64,000 nt of DNA from an uncultured virus (IMG/VR IMGVR_UViG_3300016474_000883) (lineage: Duplodnaviria > Heunggongvirae > Uroviricota > Caudoviricetes): the IMG/VR virus record IMGVR_UViG_3300016474_000883; one strand, given 5' to 3'. A model generated the notes under the pieces. It saw only the letters and a program-made list of their open reading frames with translations, was not told the origin of the DNA and ran no database searches. The position numbers and the translations under genes are program-made. How positions within the stretch are numbered: position 1 is the first letter of the stretch; each line of letters starts with the position of its first letter. This document shows positions 1 to 7,642 of the stretch, one piece after another.

Positions 1-275
1 CGTGAAGCTAATTTGCTTAACATATCTAATACTACTGTACTCTTACCTGAACCTGGACCTCCACAAATAATCATATTCACAGCAGGCATCAAACCTTTCT
101 GACTTGATAGAATTGAATCCATCAATGTTCCTGTACTCATAGGTCGGAAAACATTCTCATTAAAGTTCAGTTCTGAACCTTTGAAGATTTGAATTGATTT
201 TGGATCAAATGCTACCACTTCTACTTGGTTCTTTTTTGGGCGACCTTTACCTCTTTTAATTACTAAATTGTTCAT
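1..275 (-). CDS. RecA/RadA-superfamily P-loop ATPase with N-terminal AT-hook-like motif (runs off window start)
   Basis: Manual translation from ATG at 275: MNNLVIKRGKGRPKK...STGTLMDSILSSQKGLMPAVNMIICGGPGSGKSTVVLDML. Walker A is preceded by the RecA-type TG..D..L..G segment. Not in the ORF track. Confidence 0.75.
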   Translation of the reverse strand, partial: MNNLVIKRGKGRPKKNQVEVVAFDPKSIQIFKGSELNFNENVFRPMSTGTLMDSILSSQKGLMPAVNMIICGGPGSGKSTVVLDMLSKLAS

Positions 276-301
276 GTGTGTTAATTATTTTTAATTATAT
301 C

Positions 302-334
302 TAAATATAACATCAAAATCCTGTGAAGCCAAAC
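302..334 (-). promoter_or_regulatory. Bacteroidota-type (-33/-7) early promoter
   Basis: Minus strand GTTTG-N20-TATATTTA upstream of ATG 275. Confidence 0.75.
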
Positions 335-335
335 C

Positions 336-545
336 TTAGTGTTCAAAGGTGTGTTGTTGAAGCACCCACTTTCCATTCACATTTATCTCAACTTGATAAT
401 CCCCATCATAATTTCTATTTTCTGGGTGGGTTAACCATACACGAACATTCTCCATTTCAATCTTTAGTTCATCACCACTCCAAGACTGTTCAATGGTTTC
501 TAATACTTGTAAATCTCTTTTTGTAAATCCGTACTTCATATTCAT
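336..545 (-). CDS. hypothetical early protein
   Basis: 69-aa ORF directly behind a promoter repeat. Confidence 0.7.
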   Translation of the reverse strand: MNMKYGFTKRDLQVLETIEQSWSGDELKIEMENVRVWLTHPENRNYDGDYQVEINVNGKWVLQQHTFEH

Positions 546-562
546 GTGTTTTTAATTATGAC

Positions 563-595
563 TGAATATAACATCCTTATCCTGTGAAGCCAAAC
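563..595 (-). promoter_or_regulatory. Bacteroidota-type early promoter
   Basis: GTTTGGC...GATGTTATATTCA copy. Confidence 0.75.
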
Positions 596-601
596 CTTGG
601 T

Positions 602-892
602 TTAGAAAAGTTTTTCAATTTCTTCTTTAGCCTTCTCAGTAGTTTCTTTAGTACGTCCCCCTATATGCCACTCAATCACTTCACTATTCTTATACTTCCT
701 ATACTCCTTATAATCATAGATTGTAAACACAGAACCAAAATCAGTTTCACAAACCCATTCATTTTGAACTTTTTCTGTTTTATCATTCTGATAATTAGGT
801 TTGCCTAATATTTCTATTAACTTATTTTTAGAAGTTTTAATTACACTTCCATGGAAACTAGTTCCGGTAATTCCTTTAAGAGATCTTTTCAT
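602..892 (-). CDS. hypothetical early protein
   Basis: 96-aa ORF with FTIYDYK and EWHIGG motifs; own promoter. Confidence 0.7.
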   Translation of the reverse strand: MKRSLKGITGTSFHGSVIKTSKNKLIEILGKPNYQNDKTEKVQNEWVCETDFGSVFTIYDYKEYRKYKNSEVIEWHIGGRTKETTEKAKEEIEKLF

Positions 893-916
893 GTGTTACT
901 TATTTTTAATTATGAC

Positions 917-949
917 TAAATATAACATCACTTTCCCTGAAAGCCAAAC
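917..949 (-). promoter_or_regulatory. Bacteroidota-type early promoter
   Basis: Copy of the 33-bp element. Confidence 0.75.
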
Positions 950-955
950 AAGAGA

Positions 956-1144
956 TTAATCTTGTTCTGGCCCAATCAATTCTAGTTCTTCTACATACTC
1001 CATAAAGTCTTTTACATATTGTTCAAACTTATCAGGCTGTAGAAAAAGTATCTCTTTCAAGGTTCTTGTAAGGATTTCTGGATCAATCTCCATTGCACCT
1101 TCTACATAAGCATCAATCAGCTTTTCTTTTCTTTCAATTGTCAT
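956..1144 (-). CDS. hypothetical early protein
   Basis: 62-aa acidic ORF; own promoter. Confidence 0.65.
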   Translation of the reverse strand: MTIERKEKLIDAYVEGAMEIDPEILTRTLKEILFLQPDKFEQYVKDFMEYVEELELIGPEQD

Positions 1145-1168
1145 GTGTTACTATTTTTTAATTATGAC

Positions 1169-1201
1169 TAAATATAACATCCTTTTCTTGTAAGGCCAAA
1201 C
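1169..1201 (-). promoter_or_regulatory. Bacteroidota-type early promoter
   Basis: Copy of the 33-bp element. Confidence 0.75.
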
Positions 1202-1207
1202 AAGTGG

Positions 1208-1435
1208 TTACTTTATAATAACCACTGTTTTTGTATAAAACTCTTCCTCATCACCTTCATCATCTACAACCTTATCCATCCTATGATAATCAGAATACTT
1301 AACCATACCTTCATCAACATCCCTTACATTACTTGCTACTTCGGTTCCCCAATAATCACCGTAGTTATAAGCAAATTTTACTTCCATGTTTGGGTCAAAA
1401 CCCTCTAATGATTCAATCAATTCTTTTACTGTCAT
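1208..1435 (-). CDS. hypothetical early protein (MTVKELIE.L-type small phage protein)
   Basis: 75-aa ORF; own promoter. Confidence 0.7.
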   Translation of the reverse strand: MTVKELIESLEGFDPNMEVKFAYNYGDYWGTEVASNVRDVDEGMVKYSDYHRMDKVVDDEGDEEEFYTKTVVIIK

Positions 1436-1453
1436 GTGTTTCTAATTTATACC

Positions 1454-1486
1454 TGAATATAACATTTCTCTCTTGTGAAGCCAAAC
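1454..1486 (-). promoter_or_regulatory. Bacteroidota-type early promoter
   Basis: Copy of the 33-bp element. Confidence 0.75.
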
Positions 1487-1497
1487 AAGAGATAAGG

Positions 1498-2001
1498 TTA
1501 ACCAATATAATAATCCTTATCTTTTAATATCTCATTCAAATCAACTTCATTTATTTCTCTAACTAATACCCCATTATCATTAAATCCAAATATCTTAATA
1601 TCACTTTTTTTATTACTACCCCAATCACTATATAAACAAGGAACAACCATTATTTCAATATATTTTTCTTCTTTATTAACTATAATTTTTCCATATCCAT
1701 TTCCACCATTTACACTATCTTCTATTATTTCAAAATCATTACAATCACCAAACCACTTATCAAAAAATTCATTCCAATTATCTACTACACTATTATCATC
1801 TTCATCAAAAATATCATCACCAAATCCTTCATCTAATACTAAACTTTTTAAATCATTTTCACTCTTAATCTCTTCAATTCCTTCTATACTATTACTATAA
1901 TAACAAGCCCCATGTCCAGTACTCCCTAAATAACCATCATCAAAATAAAACAAACCACTTTCAACAATTTTGTCCTGGATTTTTTTCTCAAACTTTTTCA
2001 T
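1498..2001 (-). CDS. hypothetical acidic early protein
   Basis: Start moved to MKKFEKK (2001) because the track start lies inside the promoter. Confidence 0.7.
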   Translation of the reverse strand: MKKFEKKIQDKIVESGLFYFDDGYLGSTGHGACYYSNSIEGIEEIKSENDLKSLVLDEGFGDDIFDEDDNSVVDNWNEFFDKWFGDCNDFEIIEDSVNGGNGYGKIIVNKEEKYIEIMVVPCLYSDWGSNKKSDIKIFGFNDNGVLVREINEVDLNEILKDKDYYIG

Positions 2002-2025
2002 ATTTTTATGTGTTTTAATTATGAC

Positions 2026-2058
2026 TAAATATAACATTTCTCTCCTGTGAAGCCAAAC
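2026..2058 (-). promoter_or_regulatory. Bacteroidota-type early promoter
   Basis: Copy of the 33-bp element. Confidence 0.75.
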
Positions 2059-2064
2059 ATGGGT

Positions 2065-2247
2065 TTAATTAGTTAAAAACTCAATATCACCTTTAATCTC
2101 AATAATCTCATACTCACCCTCTACCTCAATTAAAAAATCCTCAAAAGATATCTCCCCATACTCATACCCACATCCCTCTATTAATTCTTTTTTTGATTCA
2201 CAGATTGATGTAAAATTGTTACTGTAATCTACTTTTAAATAACTCAT
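2065..2247 (-). CDS. hypothetical acidic early protein
   Basis: Start moved to MSYLKV (2247), downstream of the promoter. Confidence 0.65.
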   Translation of the reverse strand: MSYLKVDYSNNFTSICESKKELIEGCGYEYGEISFEDFLIEVEGEYEIIEIKGDIEFLTN

Positions 2248-2271
2248 ATTTTTGTGTGTTTTAATTATAGC

Positions 2272-2304
2272 TGAATATAACATCTCTACCCTACAAAGCC
2301 AAAC
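2272..2304 (-). promoter_or_regulatory. Bacteroidota-type early promoter
   Basis: Copy of the 33-bp element. Confidence 0.75.
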
Positions 2305-2347
2305 AAGGGGGTTCCTCCTACCTGATCCCCCTACCCGATTCCCCTAC

Positions 2348-2376
2348 AAAGAGAAGCGGCGCCCGCTGGCACCGCT
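2348..2376 (-). terminator. intrinsic terminator
   Basis: Minus strand AGCGGTGCC-agcg-GGCGCCGCT followed by TCTCTTT. Confidence 0.6.
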
Positions 2377-2409
2377 ACCCCAAAACACATGGCAACTCGG
2401 CCTTCAGAA

Positions 2410-2622
2410 TTAGGCCGTTTGACGTTCAGCGTTACGCTGGCGACGTCGAGAGATGTTGTACATTGCAGAAGCAACATCTGGATTGATTGAACGATTTCCG
2501 TTCACAATGTTTGATACGTGACTAACAGAATAACCTGTCATGTCTGCGATACGCTGGGTATCACCTGAACGCTTACGAGCGTTGTAGAAAGCCAATTTGG
2601 CTGTAGAATTTAAACGACGCAT
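2410..2622 (-). CDS. small XRE-like helix-turn-helix DNA-binding protein
   Basis: TQRIADMTGYSVSHVSNIVNGNR HTH pattern; basic. Confidence 0.7.
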   Translation of the reverse strand: MRRLNSTAKLAFYNARKRSGDTQRIADMTGYSVSHVSNIVNGNRSINPDVASAMYNISRRRQRNAERQTA

Positions 2623-2648
2623 AACTGTTTATTTAATTAAAAAATTAG

Positions 2649-2720
2649 TTGCGGAGATAGGATTCGAACCTATGACCTCCAGGTTATGAGCCTGGCGAGC
2701 TACCTCTGCTCTACTCCACG
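2649..2720 (-). tRNA. tRNA-Met (CAT), initiator-like
   Basis: Cloverleaf with anticodon loop CT-CAT-AA and T loop TTCGAAT; C1:A72 mismatch; A11:U24; no encoded CCA. Confidence 0.9.
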
Positions 2721-2732
2721 ATATAAAATTAG

Positions 2733-2818
2733 TACCCGGGGCCGGACTCGAACCGGCACAACCATTTCTGGTCGAGGGATTTTAAGTCCCTTGCGTCTAC
2801 CTATTTCGCCACCCGGGC
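2733..2818 (-). tRNA. tRNA-Leu (TAA)
   Basis: GCCCGGG acceptor, anticodon arm GGGA-CT-TAA-AA-TCCC, long variable arm, T loop TTCGAGT. Confidence 0.92.
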
Positions 2819-2862
2819 ATATGTGGGCCTTGCACCCACTCGGGAGCATTTATAACCTCCAC

Positions 2863-3030
2863 TTAGGCCTCAGTAGCCGTCTCAACCTTCTTGGTTGACG
2901 GGCGTCCCCGCTTCACAACCCCTCCATTAGCAGCTGCGCGAGCTGCCTTTTCAATGAGGCGTTGTTGACGTTTGCTAGTTGCTACCACTGGGCGACCTTT
3001 TTGTTTTGTTGTTGTTTCTGAATTATTCAT
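2863..3030 (-). CDS. 55-aa basic protein with two AT-hook-like motifs
   Basis: Manual translation MNNSETTTKQKGRPVVATSKRQQRLIEKAARAAANGGVVKRGRPSTKKVETATEA; behind promoter 3067-3099. Confidence 0.75.
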   Translation of the reverse strand: MNNSETTTKQKGRPVVATSKRQQRLIEKAARAAANGGVVKRGRPSTKKVETATEA

Positions 3031-3066
3031 AACCTTTATTTTTATTATTTATTTTTACTTATACTA

Positions 3067-3099
3067 TTAATATAACATCCTTTTTTTATGAAGCCAAAC
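3067..3099 (-). promoter_or_regulatory. Bacteroidota-type early promoter
   Basis: GTTTG-N20-TATATTAA. Confidence 0.7.
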
Positions 3100-3338
3100 T
3101 TATTTTTACTTGTTTTGCCTACCTGTTTTCCCTACCTGTTCCTCCTACCAGCTCCAAAGCCAAACCAAAGCTGTGATCCAAAAAGCTGTAACCAATAACC
3201 AATAAATTACTCGAACAATTTCAAATTCTGATGTTTTCATTTGTTGAAAAAAATCAGCTATCCAAGCAGCTACACAAGCTATTATAATCACTATTGCAAA
3301 TACTATCCAAAACATGTGTTATCTTTTTTTATTATAAC

Positions 3339-3371
3339 TAAATATAACATCATCTTTCCAGGAAGCCAAAC
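3339..3371 (-). promoter_or_regulatory. Bacteroidota-type early promoter
   Basis: Copy of the 33-bp element ahead of two hydrophobic micro-ORFs. Confidence 0.7.
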
Positions 3372-3513
3372 AAGTCTTGTTCTCTCTACCTGTTCTTCCT
3401 GCCATTTTTTGTATATACTTATATATCTTATCGATAGAGAGGCTTGGCCTGTGCGGGGTGGGGGGGTTATCTACCCTATTTTCCTATATACCCCATTCCC
3501 CTACAGTTGGTCA

Positions 3514-3553
3514 CATATACTTATATCCTTATATCTCTATATCTTGATATCCG
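3514..3553. repeat. five tandem 8-bp TATATCYY repeats
   Basis: catatact tatatcct tatatctc tatatctt gatatccg. Confidence 0.75.
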
Positions 3554-3564
3554 TATTCTATACC

Positions 3565-3792
3565 CTATTTGCCTACCGGTTTGTCACACGTCACAGTGTC
3601 ACATTTTGTTTGCTCACAGTGGGTAGTATCACATTGAACCTGCTCACAATGAGTTGTGTCACATTGTACTTGGTTGCACTCACTACCTGTTTCCCCTACA
3701 GTTACTTTACCTAATAGTACAATCATACCCATTGTTATGATTAGTGTAAGTACACCTAATGAAAATAATTTAAACGTTTGATTTTTAAACAT
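3565..3792 (-). CDS. membrane-anchored protein with Cys-x4 repeats
   Basis: N-terminal hydrophobic helix and QVQCDTTHCE repeats that differ at synonymous codon positions. Confidence 0.65.
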   Translation of the reverse strand: MFKNQTFKLFSLGVLTLIITMGMIVLLGKVTVGETGSECNQVQCDTTHCEQVQCDTTHCEQTKCDTVTCDKPVGK

Positions 3793-3866
3793 AATTTATT
3801 TATTTTTGATTTTAATTTAGTTACTATATACTTGTTTTCCCTACCGGTTCCTCCTACTTGTTTCTC

Positions 3867-4043
3867 CTACTTGATCTTCCTATCATCTAGAAACTTTACT
3901 ACCGCCATTCCTGTTAGCACACATGTTAGAATGATTGTTAGTACAATTGCGAATCGAGGATGTTCTTCTATTGTCGTCACTAGTCCCACCGTCGCTATTA
4001 GCGTTAGTAGAAAGAATACTGAATATATTATTGATTGTTTCAT
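3867..4043 (-). CDS. 58-aa two-TM membrane protein
   Basis: Manual translation MKQSIIYSVFFLLTLIATVGLVTTIEEHPRFAIVLTIILTCVLTGMAVVKFLDDRKIK. Confidence 0.6.
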   Translation of the reverse strand: MKQSIIYSVFFLLTLIATVGLVTTIEEHPRFAIVLTIILTCVLTGMAVVKFLDDRKIK

Positions 4044-4090
4044 TTATGTTTCTGTTTTGGTTTCCATCTGTTTTACCTTATTTAATCTCC

Positions 4091-4306
4091 CTACACATCA
4101 CCTTTATTTAATATGATGATAAGGACAGCTATAACCATTACTAATACAACAAACCCAATTGCTATTGCTATTGGTAACCACAACGGGCTAGTTACCCACC
4201 ACCAATTCCAATCTATATTACCTGTTAGTTTAAGTACTAGAAATACTATAAATAGTATTGTTAATATACTTGAATTGAATACTGTTACTTGATTTTCTTT
4301 ACTCAT
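4091..4306 (-). CDS. small membrane protein (LKL.G.IDW.WWWV..PLW family)
   Basis: Two TM segments and a W-rich motif; start at MSKENQ. Confidence 0.7.
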   Translation of the reverse strand: MSKENQVTVFNSSILTILFIVFLVLKLTGNIDWNWWWVTSPLWLPIAIAIGFVVLVMVIAVLIIILNKGDV

Positions 4307-4307
4307 A

Positions 4308-4688
4308 TTATTCTCCACTACAAATATACATCCAAGCATAGTCACCATAACGAATTGTTAGAGCAGCATTTGACTCATCTAATTCTGTTAGGAATAACCA
4401 GCAGTTTTTTCCTTTTTTATCTGTTGCTTTCCACATCACAGTATCATCTTTACGTCCCATTTCTTTTACTACTTGATACACTTGATGGTCTTCACTATAA
4501 ATAATTACTTCACCATTGTTGAATTGAACTAAAATATCTACAGCAACAGGTCCTTTAATCCATTTAATTTCATCCTCATAAGTTATTTCACCTAGGTAGA
4601 ATTGATATGCTCTACCCATAGCTGATTCTTGGGAGAATGATACTAATGACGTTAGTGTTATTAGTAGTGTTAAGATTAGTTTTTTCAT
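4308..4688 (-). CDS. secreted hypothetical protein
   Basis: Signal peptide MKKLILTLLITLTSLVSFSQ (Bacteroidota-style Gln after the cleavage site). Confidence 0.7.
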   Translation of the reverse strand: MKKLILTLLITLTSLVSFSQESAMGRAYQFYLGEITYEDEIKWIKGPVAVDILVQFNNGEVIIYSEDHQVYQVVKEMGRKDDTVMWKATDKKGKNCWLFLTELDESNAALTIRYGDYAWMYICSGE

Positions 4689-5275
4689 TTTAAATTATAG
4701 TATTTTTTTATTTCATCTAATTGTGACGGATCAACCATAAACGATTCCCAATCATCTTTTTCTATCTCAACATCCTTAACATCAATATAAAATGTTTTAG
4801 GAATGAATGGAAATGATTTAATATATCCTCTACTGCTTATCATCTTACTTTGGTCTCCTGTTTTATAATCTTCTTCACTAATCCAACACCTGCCTGTCCA
4901 ACAAGCACCATTTTGGTCTCGTTTTACTATAGCATCAATATAATATGCTTCTCCATCTTCACCGTCTTTAAATAAAGCAGAGCAACGTTTGTTTTGATAC
5001 CAAGGTTTTCCATCACTAAGGTCTCTTACATCACCCCATTCCTCATCCTTACCTGTGATTGGTAGTAGTGGTTCGTAGTTTGCTAGTTTATGGAATAGGT
5101 TAGCAACTATAGGAGCTGAGTAGCCTGAGTGTCCTTGTTCAACAAATACCTTCATTAGTTGCATTACTGCTTCTCCTATCATTCCTCCATAGTCAGAGTC
5201 TTTATCAAAGAAGCCTGCTGTTTGCAGTTCTAGTTTTGCGTGATCTATTAGTCCCATATTATTTGTTTTTAACAA
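4685..5275 (-). CDS. conserved phage hypothetical protein
   Basis: QGHSGYSA and QNKRCS motifs. Confidence 0.7.
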   Translation of the reverse strand: MLKTNNMGLIDHAKLELQTAGFFDKDSDYGGMIGEAVMQLMKVFVEQGHSGYSAPIVANLFHKLANYEPLLPITGKDEEWGDVRDLSDGKPWYQNKRCSALFKDGEDGEAYYIDAIVKRDQNGACWTGRCWISEEDYKTGDQSKMISSRGYIKSFPFIPKTFYIDVKDVEIEKDDWESFMVDPSQLDEIKKYYNLK

Positions 5276-5535
5276 AAGTTATATGTATAAGGTTCGTATT
5301 TATACTCAACACCTATTTTTGTACACATTCCATGACCCATATAGTTTGAATACATATATGCTTCAGCATCCAGATATGTTTTGTGAGATATTCTTTTTGA
5401 TTTTAATTCGGTATTGAGAATTTCTGTCCAACCAAACCAGGTTTTTCTTTCAACAACGTACTCTATACGAGCGTGTCCATTTGTTGTTCCTAATTCATTA
5501 ACACAGTGGATTAATTCTACTATTCTAAATTTCAT
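5269..5535 (-). CDS. hypothetical protein
   Basis: ORF in packed minus-strand run. Confidence 0.6.
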   Translation of the reverse strand: MKFRIVELIHCVNELGTTNGHARIEYVVERKTWFGWTEILNTELKSKRISHKTYLDAEAYMYSNYMGHGMCTKIGVEYKYEPYTYNFC

Positions 5536-5767
5536 ATCTTATTAATTTTCTTTTAACACTTTATAAATTCATCTTTAAAATCCCATTCTTCAATTGATAT
5601 TATATGTCTTACAAATAAAACTACATTTTTACCTTCAGAAATAAAATTCACTGAGATTGGTATATGACGACTAAATGAGTTGTCAATTCTATTATATTCT
5701 TCTTGTGTTATCACATAACCCTTTTTTTGGGTGGTGATTAAATATCTTTTTTCCATTTTGTGTAAAA

Positions 5768-5959
5768 TTAAGCGTTTTCCCAATACAATCCCAAGCAAAT
5801 TTTCATAAAAAACCTATGGATAAAATTTGGTTTATGATATAACCCAATTTTTGTTGTGTTATATTTTAATTTCCCAAATCTATAAAAACCTTTAATTGTT
5901 GGTGGTGTAACAAGAGAATCACTTGTTGTATATGTTGAACTGTTGATTGTTATTTCCAT
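5768..5959 (-). CDS. hypothetical protein
   Basis: KPNFIHRFFM..LG..W motif. Confidence 0.6.
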   Translation of the reverse strand: MEITINSSTYTTSDSLVTPPTIKGFYRFGKLKYNTTKIGLYHKPNFIHRFFMKICLGLYWENA

Positions 5960-5964
5960 AATTT

Positions 5965-6714
5965 TTATTTTCTAAACCAGTTTATCATTCCATCATAAAA
6001 AACATCTCCGTGATTAATAATACCATAATCTTTTGATTCTTCAAAGTATTGTTTCTCAATTTTTATGTCGTCATTATCTTCTTCATCAATGTATTTTGGT
6101 GTTATCTTTGTTTGTCTTTTTTCAAGTTCATCCCACCATTGTTTTGATGACATATATGAATAGTCAGGTTCAATTTTAATTTCACCAGGTTCATATCCAA
6201 GTAATATTCTGGCAGGTAGACCATAATACCAAATTTTTCTTCCATTTTCTTCTTCAGGGTTAATGAAGTTGAATGGGTGTTCAATCATTTCATCAATTTT
6301 ATTACTTGCCGCGGCTAAAGCCCCCTTCAACTCACGATAATGGAATTTATATACAGGTTTTCCATTTGCATATATTTTACAAATACCCCCATTTCTTATA
6401 TCCCATTCATCCCACTTATATTTTATACTGTTATGTTGCTCATAATCAACTTTCCAGCACACACGATGAGCACCTTTATCAATATAGGGAATAAGTTCTC
6501 TCATTGTTGGCTCTTCATCATCATTATCTGAATGATAAACCGAATAATCTAACCACCAAGTATCAGGGCATCCATTATACTTTCCTAAATCATGTTTGTA
6601 TCCCTCAATACTATAAACCGGGTACATTTTTTCATAGATTTGGATTTCAAATATCTTTCTAATATTATCTTCCCCAAACTTTTCTTTTGCTTGTTGTAAT
6701 GTTAAAACACCCAT
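5965..6714 (-). CDS. hypothetical protein
   Basis: 249-aa ORF. Confidence 0.75.
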   Translation of the reverse strand: MGVLTLQQAKEKFGEDNIRKIFEIQIYEKMYPVYSIEGYKHDLGKYNGCPDTWWLDYSVYHSDNDDEEPTMRELIPYIDKGAHRVCWKVDYEQHNSIKYKWDEWDIRNGGICKIYANGKPVYKFHYRELKGALAAASNKIDEMIEHPFNFINPEEENGRKIWYYGLPARILLGYEPGEIKIEPDYSYMSSKQWWDELEKRQTKITPKYIDEEDNDDIKIEKQYFEESKDYGIINHGDVFYDGMINWFRK

Positions 6715-6718
6715 ATTT

Positions 6719-6901
6719 TTATTTTTTGTATGTTTCGTTGTAGTAATCTTCTCCTGTTCTTATTGAAGCATATGTCGCTTCAATAATCTGCTCACGCTCC
6801 ATTTCCAAATACATGTCCCAGTTAACCACCATTTTAGTCCCTAATTTTATTTCAGAGTCTATGCTTTCTCTTAAAAGTTGAACCGCTGTTTGTTTACTCA
6901 T
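6719..6901 (-). CDS. small phage protein (MSKQTAV...YYNETY family)
   Basis: 60-aa ORF with ATGA overlap. Confidence 0.65.
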   Translation of the reverse strand: MSKQTAVQLLRESIDSEIKLGTKMVVNWDMYLEMEREQIIEATYASIRTGEDYYNETYKK

Positions 6902-7053
6902 TGCTCACCCCCTTTGTATGTTATGTCACATCTTGAACATTTTGACTTTGAAGATATTTTAGCATCAAGTGGCAAAGTGCCAAATTCATCTAAGTAATCT
7001 TGTAAAGTTGCACTCCAGTTGTGCCAACCAAAAAAGCATAGTATCTTACTCAT
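6898..7053 (-). CDS. small Zn-binding phage protein (DUF1660-like)
   Basis: Manual translation MSKILCFFGWHNW...KCSRC; C-x4-H ... CxxC. Confidence 0.55.
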   Translation of the reverse strand: MSKILCFFGWHNWSATLQDYLDEFGTLPLDAKISSKSKCSRCDITYKGGEQ

Positions 7054-7235
7054 TTGAACCTCCTTCATTTGATTGGATTAAAAAGAAAACCAAACATAAA
7101 ATAGTTATGCACCAACGATGCAACTCAATATCTTCCTTGTATTTGAATTGACATGCACTATATATACCGATAGTCATTGCTGATACGTAACTTAGAATTT
7201 TGAATAGTATTTGCTTACTCATTGCTTAACTCCTT

Positions 7236-7439
7236 TTATAGTTTTTCTATTTCTCGTTTTACTTCAAACCAAAATTTTAGTTGGTCATTTGGCACTTCAT
7301 ATTCATGCCAATCAATAGCATCTATAATTTCATCCACTGCTATCAAGGCACATTCTATTGCAATAAATTGAGCATCTTGTTCAGGATACAAACCATAAAA
7401 ATTATCATATAAATCTTTTGCTTTTTCCATTGCTTTCAT
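7236..7439 (-). CDS. small phage protein, AVDEII...EIEKL family, copy 1
   Basis: Start at the ATGA overlap (7439); paralogue of 7436-7642 and 45712-45921. Confidence 0.7.
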   Translation of the reverse strand: MKAMEKAKDLYDNFYGLYPEQDAQFIAIECALIAVDEIIDAIDWHEYEVPNDQLKFWFEVKREIEKL

Positions 7440-7642
7440 AACTTTTCTATCTCTTGTTTTACCATATTCCAATACATTAATCTTTCATCTTGGTAGCGAG
7501 GGTCTTTCAATTCACTACCCTTACACTGTTCAAGTATGATTTGGTCTACTGCTAGTAAAGCACATTCTTTTGCTTCTGTAAATGGTCCAGTTATTGAATA
7601 AAACTTACCAAATAACTCATTTGCCTTTTCTTTTGGTGTCAT
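7436..7642 (-). CDS. small phage protein, MTPKEKA...EIEKL family, copy 2
   Basis: Shares CA..AVD.II and VKQEIEKL. Confidence 0.7.
   Translation of the reverse strand: MTPKEKANELFGKFYSITGPFTEAKECALLAVDQIILEQCKGSELKDPRYQDERLMYWNMVKQEIEKL

Larger units (their letters stand above)
2317..3883. repeat. clusters of 13-bp-period CCTAC-core direct repeats
   Basis: CCTAC at 2317/2330/2343, 3118/3131/3144, 3840/3853/3866 plus degenerate pairs, always 13 bp apart. Confidence 0.85.

Noticed and set aside
276..2304. Regularly spaced repeats as a CRISPR array or integron attC sites
   Set aside because: The spacers are 190-540 bp whole genes. The repeats are non-palindromic with a variable core and fit a -33/-7 promoter. 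No cas operon or integrase is seen.
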